Assembly (NCBI GenBank): GCA_030390025.1
Contig: CM059433.1
Span: 22,074,001-22,138,000, forward strand
DNA: 64,000 nucleotides
Source of the DNA: Squalus acanthias
Taxonomy: Eukaryota
Reading direction: 5' to 3'
Part shown: positions 1 through 13,219 of the stretch, in pieces
Layout of the letters: every line of letters begins with the position of its first letter
Position numbering within the stretch: position 1 is the first letter of the stretch
The notes under the pieces: generated by a model
Seen by the model: only the letters and a program-made list of their open reading frames with translations
Database searches by the model: none
What the model was told of the DNA's origin: nothing
Program-made: the position numbers and the translations under genes

Positions 1-2639
1 ACAGGCTTCACACTACTGTCAACACAGATGTTCAACACACCACGTTGATATTTGCATGGACACTTCAATATAATTGGCATTAACAGAATACAACACAATT
101 GACTATCCTCTTAATAATGTGCACTTTATCCCAGAGGTAAATCGTGTTTTATTGAATAACAGGGGTGAATGCTAAGTAAGCATTTATTTAGTGTTTTGCA
201 TTTTTATTGACTAAATAAAGCACTTAAATATTTTAGGTACGGAGCAGTAAAATGAATCTGTATTAATGAGAAGATACTACTTCTTTAATTTTAATTTTAT
301 TTTGGAGTTTTGGCCCTGAACTTCACTGGGGGTTCCATCGGCTCACTGTTGTAACTCCAGCAGGAGATTTGAAGACCCCTAAGGGAAACACTGCAAATGG
401 TTGAAAAAGCCCCTTACACAATTCCTTGGGAGCCTGCAGTGAGGAGATGTGGCTAACAGTCAATCAATCTACAGACACTAAAGTCCCTACATGAGTATAA
501 TCCCCTTCAATGCAAAGCCACTTGATAATGTCATACAGAGTCTTGCTCTTTCTCTCCTTTCTAACAGTCTAGGCTCCCTTAAGCCTGATAGCACCTTGCC
601 TGACAGTAGATTCTGTCTCTTCATGAACCTTAATGAGCCGGATTTTGCAGTCAGCGGTGAATGAACGGCGCCAGCACTTGCCCACGGACTTTCTGTGGGA
701 TTTTGCACTGTAAGTTACTGTAAATTAGAGAGCCAAAACAGTGTGGCGCCCTCTACAGGGGATCTGGGACCTGTGTGAATAGGGCAAGCACCTGTGTATC
801 TCCTTAACCAATCAGATTGAAGAAGCATTAATGAGCAGCGCAGAGTTTGAACCAGGAAGTGTCAGTTAGAATATTTAATTCAATGTCAAATCAGGTACAG
901 AAAGTGAAATAAAGAGAGCGAAAGAAAGATGGAATTAAGAGAGATAGATAAAATGTATTTAATTTTTAAAATATTTTTAAATCTCCAACAATAATTAAAA
1001 TCTAAAGGAATAAGCTAATTTTCAGTGCCAGAGAGGTTAATTGGCAGTAATGAAGACTTACCACACTGTTAAAAATGTACTTACACTGGAATGGACCAGC
1101 CCTGGCTTTCTCTGGTAAATTTAGTATGTATATATCCGGTAAGTACAGCAACTTCACGCCTTTCCATGTATTTCAATGGCAAGATGCCATTCTCACGCAG
1201 CTTTTGGAGGAGCAGGGCATCTCGGACAGCAACTCCCTGATTTATGCATTTAACTGCGCATGTGCGGTCGCTGGCAGTTGCTTTCCAATTTACACTTTAA
1301 TAACGGTGAGCACTGTTAGCCTCACCATTACTTCTACCGCAAACCCGACTTAGTTACTAAAGGAGAGACCTGAGACAAGCACAATCTCAATGATTCCCCA
1401 ATCTGCTTCTAATGTTTTCAGCTACAAGATGTACTTAAATAATAATCTGACTTACATTAGAATGTATGAATCATAAAAGAAATAACATAATATTATAATG
1501 GATACATTTCAATCACTTAAGGGGAATTACTTTTTATTTTAAACAAACTTAGAAGTCACTTAGTTATTTTCTGCCTTATTAAGTACCAGGTGCATATAAC
1601 CTTTGTGCTTAATGGTGCAAAATAATCAAAATAACTGGATGGAAGTTAGAATAGAGTAACCATCTGTGATGGTCCTGATTCCCATTAAAATCCTCATTTG
1701 CTTGACCAGTTCATCGGCTCATAAAAACTGCTTTGATAAAATGACAAATATAAATTTATGAGATGTTTTTGAGCTGTCTTAATAGTCCTGCTCGTCCTAT
1801 GAAAGTAGTGGCATTTTTTTCTGAAGATGTGAAACTCTTCTGTTTCCTCCCAGAGTCCTCTGTTCTTTCTGGTCTATGTATCAGGCACAACTAAAAGGAC
1901 AGGGAGATGATGGTACTCTAGCTTTGCTCGTACCGCTCTGTGACTTTCCAAACTAATAGCCAATATTTACCTTCACACGAGCGGAATAATTGCAGTGTTC
2001 ATGTGAATGAATCAAAGGTACAGCAGATTAATAAATTAATATGCTTGACTTAAAGGAACAAAGTAGCTTCTTCTGGCCACAGACATGTCTCCCAGATGGT
2101 ATCATTTTGTAGAACCTTGTGTTTTGAATGCAAAAGTTCAGATACAGAATTAACAACCATCTGATAAACCTATTAGCAGGGTTGCTGGAGCATGGGAAAG
2201 CTGTAAGCATGCCCTTTGGTACCCCAATGCAAATCTTCAGGTAATTTTATGCTCCGCAAAACATCAAGGTCATTAAAACAAATCAAGTAGTACATAAACA
2301 TTCAACACACAATTGTCATTTCCATAAGTTTTGTACATAATTGGTAAGTAATTTCAGTTCCAAGTAAATCTCCCTTGAATTATTAGTGTTCAATTCCCAA
2401 GATAGGTTCAGATGAAAAAAGCCCTTTCGCCCATTTCTTATCATGCTTTCAGAATACCAGAATTAGCATCTCCCCAGTACAGTATTTAATTGTTTCTTAA
2501 ACAATTAATTTGGCAGGGGGAGAGGCACCAGGATGAAGCATTAGAGAGGAGGTACAAGGTGCATAGAGGACTAGGAGAGACAAACAGCATTTGAATAAAG
2601 AATAGTTCAGAAATAGGAGGGATCAGACAGGGGGGAAAT

Positions 2640-2985
2640 GCGAGGCAGTCTAAGGTGGGTATAGAATGCGTGTGCGTAAATGCACAGAGCATGGTAAATA
2701 AGCTGGTGAACTGCAGGCACATGTAGCCACATGGGATTATGATATAGTGGCAATAATGGAGACGTGGCTCAAACAAGGGGACGAATGGACACTTAGTACT
2801 CCTGACTACAATGTATTCAGGAAAGATAAGGAGGGAAAAAAAGGAGGGGGTGACACTATTGATCAAAGGTACTGTTACAGCATTAGAAAGGGTTCAAAGA
2901 CAGAATCTATTTGGATAGAAATAAGGAACAATAGAGGATCCAGTACGTTGCTGTGCTGGATATATACTATAGGCCACCAATAGTC
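2640..2985 (+). mobile_element. CR1 LINE ORF2 5' fragment (APE endonuclease), degraded
   Basis: VNAQSMVNK...DIVAIMETWL...YNVFRKD...GGG...ESIWIEI...YRPP motifs spread across frameshifts. Confidence 0.8.
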
Positions 2986-3014
2986 ATCCAGTTCCCTGGA
3001 TGACTAAAGATATA

Positions 3015-4783
3015 GGCCACGATTTCCCCTACCTCGGTGGGTCCATGGCGGGCGACGTCGGTGGCAGATCCCGGCCTCGCTGCCGGCTTCATCCCGCTGT
3101 CCAAAATAATTTTCCCCTGATTGGGCTGATTTAGCCCGCCCAGTGCATTTGCCAGCCAATTGAAGGAAGTGGGTCTGATGACATCATTTAATAACACATC
3201 ATAGCTGGTTTCCTTAAAGGGACCATGTGCAAATTGATTTTGACAGTTGTGCTGTCAGTGTTCAACAGCATTGAGGTGCTGCAAACACTGACAAGCACTG
3301 CACAAAGGTGCATGGATGCACCCAGGCTCTCCCATGACTCCCTCCTTATGCTTATGGAGGGAGTCACAGCATGCAGGGAGGTTCTCTTCCCTTCCAATGG
3401 GCGGAAGAGACCACCCCAGGAGACCAACGCAGCCTGGTTGCACATTGCACAGGAGGACACAAGCAGGGATATCGTCAGGAGGACCAGGCTGCAGTGGCGC
3501 AAACCTTTCAATGATCTCAGTAGATCACGAAACATTACTGCAAAGTCACACTCAACCTCATCCTGCTGTGCCACTCATCATATCCCCATCACTCTGCCTT
3601 CCCTACCCTACTCCTGCACATCCTTACTCACACCAACTTACCATCCACCTCCACCCATCCCTCTCTATCTACATTATCACTTCCCCATCTCACTAGCCAC
3701 TCCTCAAACTCACACTCACCCTCATCCTAGTGCAATCATACCAACTAACAACACACAAGGGTAGGCACTTGGGTGTTTTATGCAGTGTTCATGTAAAGTT
3801 TCTGTTAATGTTATGTCAAACATTGCAATCTTATTTCCAACACTTTGCGTTCTTGGACAGATCTGTATGCACCTTTGGTAGTGGCTTAGTGAGTTGCAGT
3901 GAATGGTGAGACATAACGGTACCCCCCGCAATGGTCATGAATGTGAAAGGAATGGCTTGGGCATTGTAGGGATGCTTTATGGTGTTGGTGTGTGGTGGTG
4001 CCAACCTAGCGCATCATGTGGCAGCCAGGGTGTACAGTGTCAAGTGAAGTAAATCTGGCCATAGTGAGGCCATCCCTGGCCTCCCGGGCAGCAATGTGGT
4101 CGGGTGCTGATGCCTTGTGTCCTGTGCAGCATCAGTTGTTAGCGGAGAAGGTTGGTGTTGTTGTTGGTGCTCTTGGTGTGCCTGGTGCTGCTGGTGTTGG
4201 GACTGATCGTGGTCAGATTCTGAGGACCAATATGAGACAGTATAAACTGTACCCATTCTGATGTAATAGATGGCAGGTGAACTTGAGACGACAGAAGCGA
4301 TCTGTCAATGGTGAGAGTGGTTGTTCCAATGAGGTGACACTGGATAGGATAGAGAGTTTGCTCCAATCTGTCTTCCAAATGCAGTAAGCAACAGTTTCTG
4401 AGCTTGGAAAATGAACAGCTGCGAGATGGGAACTTTTATAGCACATTTGCAGCTGTCAATTAATGAGATGATTCCATGCCCATTCAACTCCCACCCTTCT
4501 TACCTGACATGATCCCCGAGCAGCGTCGACCCTGTAGGCGACCTGGTAAACTCTGAAAGTCAGCTGAAAATAGTTCTTAATGCTCTGTTAACAAGGTCAT
4601 AATGACCTTAATTGCCTCCCTCGCTGCTGCGTGTCGGGTCTGCTCAGCCCTGACAGCCCTGACATTTGGGAAAAGTACGTGGCAGCGGGTTAACAGCGGG
4701 GTCCCGACCCACTGTCAAAACATTTTTTTTCCCACCTGACCCGCCACCGATCACGCCCGCTGACCCCCCGGAAAATTCCCCCC
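3015..4783 (+). mobile_element. Non-autonomous PIF/Harbinger-like element with Myb/SANT remnant (copy 1)
   Basis: GC-rich termini ggccacgatttc...gaaaattcccccc; ORF 3225-3764 contains APRLSHDSLLMLMEGV...AWLHIA...QWRKPFNDL (Myb/SANT-like); homologous to 17527-18982 and 40904-42696. Confidence 0.75.
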
Positions 4784-6045
4784 AGAGATTCTGGCAAGAA
4801 TGGTCATGCACTGCCACTCAGTAAACTCTCCCATAATACACTGTTTCCATTGGCAACACGCATAACCAGGAAGCTTTAGCCGCTACCGTCCAAAAAAGCC
4901 AAAAGGTCAAAGTTTATGGAAGAGAGAAGTGAGAAGTAGCCAGTGCAAACATTCAATTGCAGCACTGTTTGCCAAACACAGGCCATTAGATGAAACAAAG
5001 ACAATTTTTCAAGTTTTAATTTTTGTCCACATCATTAGCTTTTAAAACGTTGTTGAGATTCTTTACAAAATGTTGATTGTGATACCTTAAAATTGATTGT
5101 GCATCTTGCTATTGATCTGGTTTTGGAAGCACTGCACAGTGGAACATGCTACACAATGTCCTTTTGAGAAGAAAATATATGACCTCTTTAGGTTTTTTAA
5201 TATTTCCCTTGACATCCCAGCCTGGGTTAAATTCAATGTGCGACAGATGGAGATGTTTGAAAATAGTATCTCCCTGATTTTCATTTTTAATAGAAAAATA
5301 AAACCTTGCCGTAACTATTGGGGATTTTATATGTCTGCTGCTCTCCCACATATTGATCTTGTAATTTTTGCTTCTGTATATAACTATCGTGCAGTCAATT
5401 TTTTATGTATAGAAATGCACACCTTCAAAGTGATTTTACTTGGCATATTTTGGGAGACATGTAATAAACCATCTGGGAGCTGCTTCAAAAATATGAGCTC
5501 TTCAGTGGTGAATAAATTAATGTTCAACTAATTTAATTGCTCTACACAGCCTCATATTATGCATTAACTGCATTTCTCTTTCTGTGACATGGAAATCATG
5601 GGCAGAATATTTCCTTTGTTTACTATATGTGGCAAAATTATGAAAGCAACCTTTATCAATGGATTTATGATTTCATTGCACATAGCAGAGAAAATCTTCC
5701 ATGTCTGACATGAATTGCATAATATTTTGTACAGAGAACTTTAATGTAATGTTTCATATTTTCTGGTGAATGCTGGGAGTTTGTTTTTTGCTTTTTCTTA
5801 AAAATTGTCCAACTATTACAAATGATCTAACACAAACTGACAATCTTGTGTGCTACCTAGCTAGCACTTCCAGCATAGTGCAAATGGGTTAACATTTCTG
5901 CCTGAATTCTGCAAAGAGTCTAAACACTGTTGTATACGACTGGATTTGAAATAGCTGCTAAAATTGACTTTCAGTAAATGATTTCACACTATGCCAACTC
6001 GAAAGCATTATCCAAACATGGCACAATAAGTTGGCATTTTCTTGA

Positions 6046-6318
<273 letters not shown>

Positions 6319-7164
6319 TAAGAATTAAAAAGCCAAGAAGAAGGACCACAGTAAAGAATACCACCAAGATTAGTAAAGGAATAAATAAGGTGATTGAGGA
6401 AGTAGTGGTTAAGTATTATTAATCTTGGGTTCTAAAAGGCTGAAGGCTGCAGCAGGTAAGAAAGACTGAGGCGGGGGAAAATTCTACAGTTTTGAGATAA
6501 TATGACAGAATGCGTCAACCAGTAGAATGGGGAGTCAGTGTAGACCTCAACGAAACAAGGAAGCAGGACGCTTGTATAAAACGGCATATTTGAAGCTTAG
6601 AAAGAATAAGAAATTTCAGGGAAGCACTGGACAATTATTGATAACAGACTGAGAGACCATCTTTTTTTCCTGTATCCTATGCAGACGGGTGTGAGCGATG
6701 TTAGAAGAGCCTCCCTGGATGTGGGAGGAAAAGGCAGTCTTGGACGAATCTGTTTTTTGCAGAAATTCAAGGGCAAAGTCAGCAAGGCTGCACAGTCTGA
6801 TGAGTTAGAACTAGACTTCTACTGGCATAGCTCTAATTCTTTGACCCATGCTCCTGTCTAGCTGGAGAAAGATAGACTAGAAGGAAGGATCTCAAATGGG
6901 GTAGACCAGAAAGGTGAAGAGCTAGATGCAGAAGATGTAAATCAATAGGAATAACAGAGATGGAGCAGCAGACTGGAAGGAAGAGTTGGAACATAGAGAG
7001 GAACAAGTCAGTACATGAATACATATGCACTATAGGAATAGGAGGCTGCCACTGAGTCCATAATATGTAAAGTCTTGAAATAAACCATTGCTTCTAACAC
7101 CATAGGTGTGGTATAAATTGTTTTACCTTTATAAACTTTGGGGTCACCTTTGCTCAAAGGATAG

Positions 7165-7434
<270 letters not shown>

Positions 7435-10415
7435 TGAAATATTCAGTGTTGTTTTCAACCTTTACCACTATGAAGTCAAAAGTAGGATCCAATAGAGTTG
7501 ATTTTATTATCTGCCACACACTGCGCTAAAACAGTGCTCCCAAAATCCATCTGAATTATTCTATCATTTCATAGGCTTTCATTAACTCTGAGAAGGTAAA
7601 TTAAGGGGAAAAATAAAGATAAATTAAGGGGAAAAATGAAGATGTAGGATTTTCATGAAATGTTACCCAAATACAAGCAGGCTCAGTTGCTGTTAAGTGA
7701 TATTCCCAAATGGCTCCAATTTCCTTCTCTGAGATTGTAAAAATCCCAGCGGCATTTTACTGTGTGGAAAATTTGATTTGTTTTTGTTTGATGTTGTATG
7801 AATGTTACATTGTTCAGTTATGGGTATAAATGTTCACCTCACCATGATAGTTACAGTAGAAACTCTATGAAAGAGAGGGAGAAGACTAATTAGTGTCCCT
7901 TAGAGCGAGCTTTGATGCGGACAGCTATTTTCTTTTTCGTTCTTCCCACTCTAGAAATTCATGCATGAATAAGTAATTGTCTTTGCCCAAGCAGGTGAAC
8001 TCCAATGACAGGCAGGGTGTTATGAAGAATTTTCCACCCCACCTATTAATGTACTCAAATGTCTGTAGTGTTAGCTACACACTTATACAGATCAAGGAGC
8101 GCATTACACAGGAGAACAAAGTTTCAACAAGGCACTACACGGGATGCATTCTAATTTAAAAGAGATGCTTATGGGTTACAGAGTTAATTATTATGCAAAT
8201 ACCTTCAATGATCAATTTGGAACTTGGTTTAATTGAGGTTTTGCATCAATAATTGTACTCACCTTTTGTTGCTGCATTTTTTCAGTGTCCTCTACTGTTC
8301 GTTCACGATAAATATATGATACTTGACCCAATGCCCACACTCTTAGAGATAATTGCAATTGTTGCCAATTCTTCTCACTCCTTGAACTCTTAACTCCAGT
8401 GTCAAGTCTCTTAACAGCAGATAAATCCTTTCACACCCCATAAAACTTACATCTGTGGGTTTTCCCCTCCCCCTTCTAATGATTGGCTTGTCCTTGGTTG
8501 TTGGGTGAGCAGCCATTTATTAAGTATACTTTTCATAATTTTAGAACACTGTCTTTTCACCCCTTGCACCTGGATCTGAATCTAGCCCCGATGCAACAGG
8601 AACCTGTGATAACTATAAGGGACCCTGTTCCCAGTTGATACCAGGCCTCAGCACCAAGCAATTTCACTCATAAGTCATACAGACAGTTTTTGTGGGAAAT
8701 GGCAAAGTTCACACTAATGCAATAGGAATGCTTTTATGAGGATGAAGTTGAGGCCTGCGGCTGAGACAGAGTAGAGGTAGGTTCCCTCTGCATTTTGCTG
8801 CGGTATATCTCACCTGGGAGTGTTTGATGCTGATTTGGAAAGTGGACTATTCCAACACTGAACACCATTAACTCTCACCTCAAACACCCATTGTAAGAAT
8901 ATAACAGTACTGTGGAGTGTTACTTTTTAAGCAGGAACTCCAGTGTAAAACACTCTTTGGATTACAGTCCATACTGAAAAAGGAAACAACTTTAATAAGA
9001 AAACTAATGCTGATTTAATTTTTAAAACAGAACATGAAAATTTAAGTTTCTTAAAGATTCCATTGCTTAAGTAATTAAAAAAGTATTGTAATAACTTCTA
9101 AGCAACGGATTGAAGCACTTCAATCGAATTTATTTGGGAGCGGGAGAATTGGTTTCGAATCTCTCAATGTGTTTTAGTAATATCATTTTAATAGATGCAA
9201 TAGGTGTAGTTAAAAACTATAGGAGGGGTTAGAATTTGCAGTGATATCGTGATAAAAGAGTTTTGCAGTTAACAGGAACAGAAGATAACACTCACCCATT
9301 GCAATGCTAATGGAAGGCAAAGGTGGAGAACAATGATTATACTGGTGGGAGTAATTGTCATGTAGCATTGTTTGTCCTGGCATATTTTAATATGAAGAAT
9401 AGCCTGAAAATGCAATGAGTTAAGGTTCTTGTTATATCATCAGCAAGTGGGACTGTGATTCTTCACAGTGAAAACAATCCAACTAAATGAAGTGAGTGGA
9501 CTCATCATTTACACTCTCTCCTTTGAGAATCCATTATCAATCCGTTCAAAGGAGGAAGGTTGCAGTTAATATCGGCTTCGAATGAAAAAAACACACTTAA
9601 ATCTGTAGAAGAAATTAATCACAGCATCGACAAAAATGAGAACCGCTCAATCCAGAGAAATAGAGAGAAATAATAATATATAAGGAAATGCAATGAATGA
9701 AGAATAAGTAAGGACAAAGGGACTAGAGAGGAGGCAAGGGTGAGATTCAGATCAGTCTCCAAGTTAGCCATACTAACTTGCACTGTAACATGTTCCTCTT
9801 TATGTTCCATCGCTTCAGCTGAAGTGAGTCGTGACCCATGAGAGAAACAAAGCTTATCCTGCTGCTGCCTGTTCAGTGAATGATTATTTTACTAATTATT
9901 TGGAGATTGAAAGTGGTAATTTTAGTTTAGATTCATATCTCTTGAGTGCACTTCGGTGATTTTCAGATACCATGTCACAGCATGCAGTTTTAGTACTGTG
10001 CTTTAATTCTCAAATGCCAAGCACCATTTTAATTCACAGCAAAGACCCCAGACAACAAACAGAAAAGATGGTGTGAAGCAACAATTTTTGGCCTATTAAA
10101 GCCCTCTATAGGGTGCTAGGCTTGTGAGGTGAATGGGGAAATTTGGCTGCACACTGTAGGTGTTTTTCATTACTATCATCTTTCATATAAAAATGATAAG
10201 CTGCAGCATGTAATTCAACAATAATAAAAACAATTTAAAGAGTACTGGGGCAGCAATCAACTTGGGAAGAGTGATTTTAAACTACAAGCATAAAAAGATC
10301 ATGAAATTATAATTTTCCAAAATTACAGTGCTATGTTCATGCTTTTATTGAATAATAAATACAAGGGTTCTAGGCTTAAATATGTAAAGAAAATTATGTT
10401 CTGGCAATTTGTTAA

Positions 10416-10694
<279 letters not shown>

Positions 10695-11239
10695 TGAGAA
10701 GTATGTAAGCTTTCTAACTTGCATAATTGGTTAATCGCTGTTAATTAGCTCTACCTGTGCCGATGATGAATGCCTTTAAACAGGCAGCCGAGGCATTGAT
10801 TTTTGAGTCGGCAGTTTGACTTGAGATCAGAGCTGCCGAGGGGACACTGCAGGTGAGCCCATACTGCCTGTATCACTAACCTCGGTAATTGAGGACCCAT
10901 GGTGAGCATCTGCTTCTCTCAGGTCTGTGACAGATCCAGTGGCTGAATACGGGAACTGGGAACCAATAGCTCATCAGCTTGATCAGCTACTTCCGTGTAA
11001 ATGAATCTTTCTGGCATGATGACCGTGCTCTTGAACACAAACACCTGCTGCTCTCCCATTATCCTCTCCGTTTTCTTTTGCAGATAATGAGTAGCTCATG
11101 ATGGGAACACAGATAAACATTGTGTCACTTGATCAGAAATTTAAGTTATGAGGAATGGTTAAGGAGCTTGTATTTATTTTTGCTTTTGGAAAAGAAGCTT
11201 CAAAGTTAACTAATTGACGTTGTGAAGGATAACAAGGGA

Positions 11240-11470
11240 CACAGTTGTTGCATTTTGTTCATCATGTCAAAGGGGTTAAATACTAAGGGATGCAAATTAA
11301 AATTTAGCAACTTCGGAGCAAGAAGAGCTGCCAAAAAGAACTTGTGGAATACATTACCAGAGAATGCCATTGAAACAGGCAGTATAAATGGGAAAAAGAG
11401 ACAATTAGATGTGTTTCTGGAGAGGGAAGGAATTGAGGGATACAGTAAGAAGGTGTGCGATCGGTAGACT
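11240..11470 (+). mobile_element. Old degraded CR1 3' fragment
   Basis: LWNTLPENAIETGSINGKKRQLDVFLEREGIEGY resembles the CR1 ORF2 C-terminus seen in other copies here. Confidence 0.6.
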
Positions 11471-11869
11471 TCCCCAGAAATATTGCTTCTGTAATTCTAA
11501 TTTATTTAAGGATTACTACAGAAGTATTTACTGATTGGATCACAGCAGTATGATTGTCTATGCATTACTGGTTTATTATAAGATTAGTACTTGGGGATTT
11601 TGCTGACATTGTAAGGGTCTATCAGTATTTGTGGAGTAGACAAAGAGCCTATGAACAAGATGCTACTTGTACAGCAGGTAGTATCCAGCAGTAGGTTTTG
11701 CTATTCTCACATTACAAACTGTGTTCCCGTAAATACTACATCATCAGCGCTATTTGCCATCTTGGTATTATGTCATTGATAACATATACCCAATTCAGTT
11801 GTATTATTTGCTTCTCCTTTCCTTTCCTTTCTTAAAGCTAGGAGCTGAGGCTGTAGTACTATTTTACAG

Positions 11870-12195
11870 GGAGCTACAGCCTTCTTGCACTTCACCCAGG
11901 TGGCCATTCCTTATGTGTGAGCCTTGATACTAAGCGTTGACAGTCTGTGCCAATCCTGGAGGCCATCAACAGCTGACTCCAATCTTGCTTTCACTCAGCG
12001 TCCACACACGTGCACTTGCAGCAGCAGCTGCTAATCAGTAGGATCCCTAACTAACTCAAGCATAGTCAGGCCAATTGTAGCCACCTCACTGCCATTCTGG
12101 CTGAGATTAGCTAACTCAGCACAGGCCTGGGATTGAATCTCCTGATCTGCATATTTCAGCCACACACCAAGTGAAGCATTTTCCCATTGAGCTGC
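11870..12195 (-). mobile_element. Ancient tRNA-derived SINE (AmnSINE2-like)
   Basis: Reverse complement shares the ctgtgctgagttagctaatctcagcc and tggccac blocks with copies at 27915, 34225, 53445 and 58290. Confidence 0.6.
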
Positions 12196-12299
12196 CAGAT
12201 AAGAGATGCAGTTTTATTTCACGGGTGACTTCAGTATAGCCAGAATTTAATTATAATAATTTCATTTAATTTGCTAGCAGTAATTGGAAAAACTTTTTT

Positions 12300-12368
12300 T
12301 AAAAAGTGGTTTGGAATGCCCGGTGGTTGTGAAAGGCGCTATATAAATGCAAGTCTTTCTTTTTCTTT
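12300..12368 (+). mobile_element. 3' tail fragment of Deu-type SINE
   Basis: ggtggttgtgaaaggcgctatataaatgcaagtctttctttt is an inverted copy of the tail of the SINE at 12410-12865. Confidence 0.75.
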
Positions 12369-12409
12369 CAACTTCATTTAATTTGCGAGCACTAATTGGA
12401 AAAACTTAA

Positions 12410-12827
12410 AAGAAAAAGAAAGACTTGCATTTATATAGCGTCTTTCATGACCACCGGACGTCCCAAAGCGCTTACAGTCAATGAAGTACTTTTGAAATGT
12501 AGTCACTATTGTAATGTAGGAAACGCGGCAGCCAATCTGCGCACAGCAAGCTCCCACATACAGCAATGTGATAATAACCAGATAATCTCTTTTTGTTATA
12601 CTGATTGAGGGATAAATATTGGCCAGGACACCGGGGATAACTCCCCTGCTCCTCTTCAAAATAGTACCATGGGATCTTTTACGTCCAACTGAGAGAGCAG
12701 ACGAGGCCTCAGTTTAACATCTCATCCGAAAGACAGCACCTCTGACAGTGCAGTACTCCCTCGAGTGTCAGTCTAGATTTTTGTGCTTTAAGTCTTACTG
12801 GAGTGGGACTTGAACCCACAACCTCCA

Positions 12828-12862
<35 letters not shown>

Positions 12863-12865
12863 GCT
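12410..12865 (-). mobile_element. Full-length tRNA-headed Deu-domain SINE (SacSINE1-like)
   Basis: On the minus strand: A box tggctcagtggg, B box ggttcaagtcc, central Deu-like body, and L2-type tail gctatataaatgcaagtctttctttt. Confidence 0.8.
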
Positions 12866-13219
12866 AGTTTGATTTAATACAAATTGCTTTGATTGATTTG
12901 AACGTTCTAGTGCAGACAATCTGCACCTGTTTCAGTGGACCCCCACCATGACTTTGGAGAGAGTCCGCCAGAATGGTCAGAAGATAGGCAAGGACCTGGG
13001 TCCTAACCTTCTGTCCGTATTTCCGGGATGATCTTGTGGGGGCAGAATTTCCATCTGCCCCTTACAGAGCTATCGTCATTATGGAATTTGGGGCCAGAGA
13101 CAGGTACTTCAAATATCAGCATTTCCAGAGATGGAAAGGCATTCCTGTAAGTCCTGGCCACAATTGTTTTTTTTCTGAAGGTTATGTAGTTAAACAGGTC
13201 TATGTAACCTGAGCTTTTC

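Noticed and set aside
312..1352. Possible old MITE-like elements (also about 31435-31640, 39400-39700, 40150-40610, 55330-55978)
   Set aside because: GC-rich with suggestive ends, but paired TIRs and TSDs could not be established
3225..3764. 179-aa ORF as a domesticated Myb/SANT host gene
   Set aside because: It lies in a multi-copy TIR element and the sister copies are frameshifted in the same region
7597..7642. 23-bp tandem duplication (similar ones at about 18485-18528 and 22153-22195)
   Set aside because: Ordinary slippage or repair duplications with no further structure
8560..8860. Possible ancient SINE (LF-SINE-like)
   Set aside because: Too degraded to support a family call by eye
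12800..12865. tRNA gene
   Set aside because: The A/B boxes are the head of a SINE that continues into a Deu-like body and LINE tail
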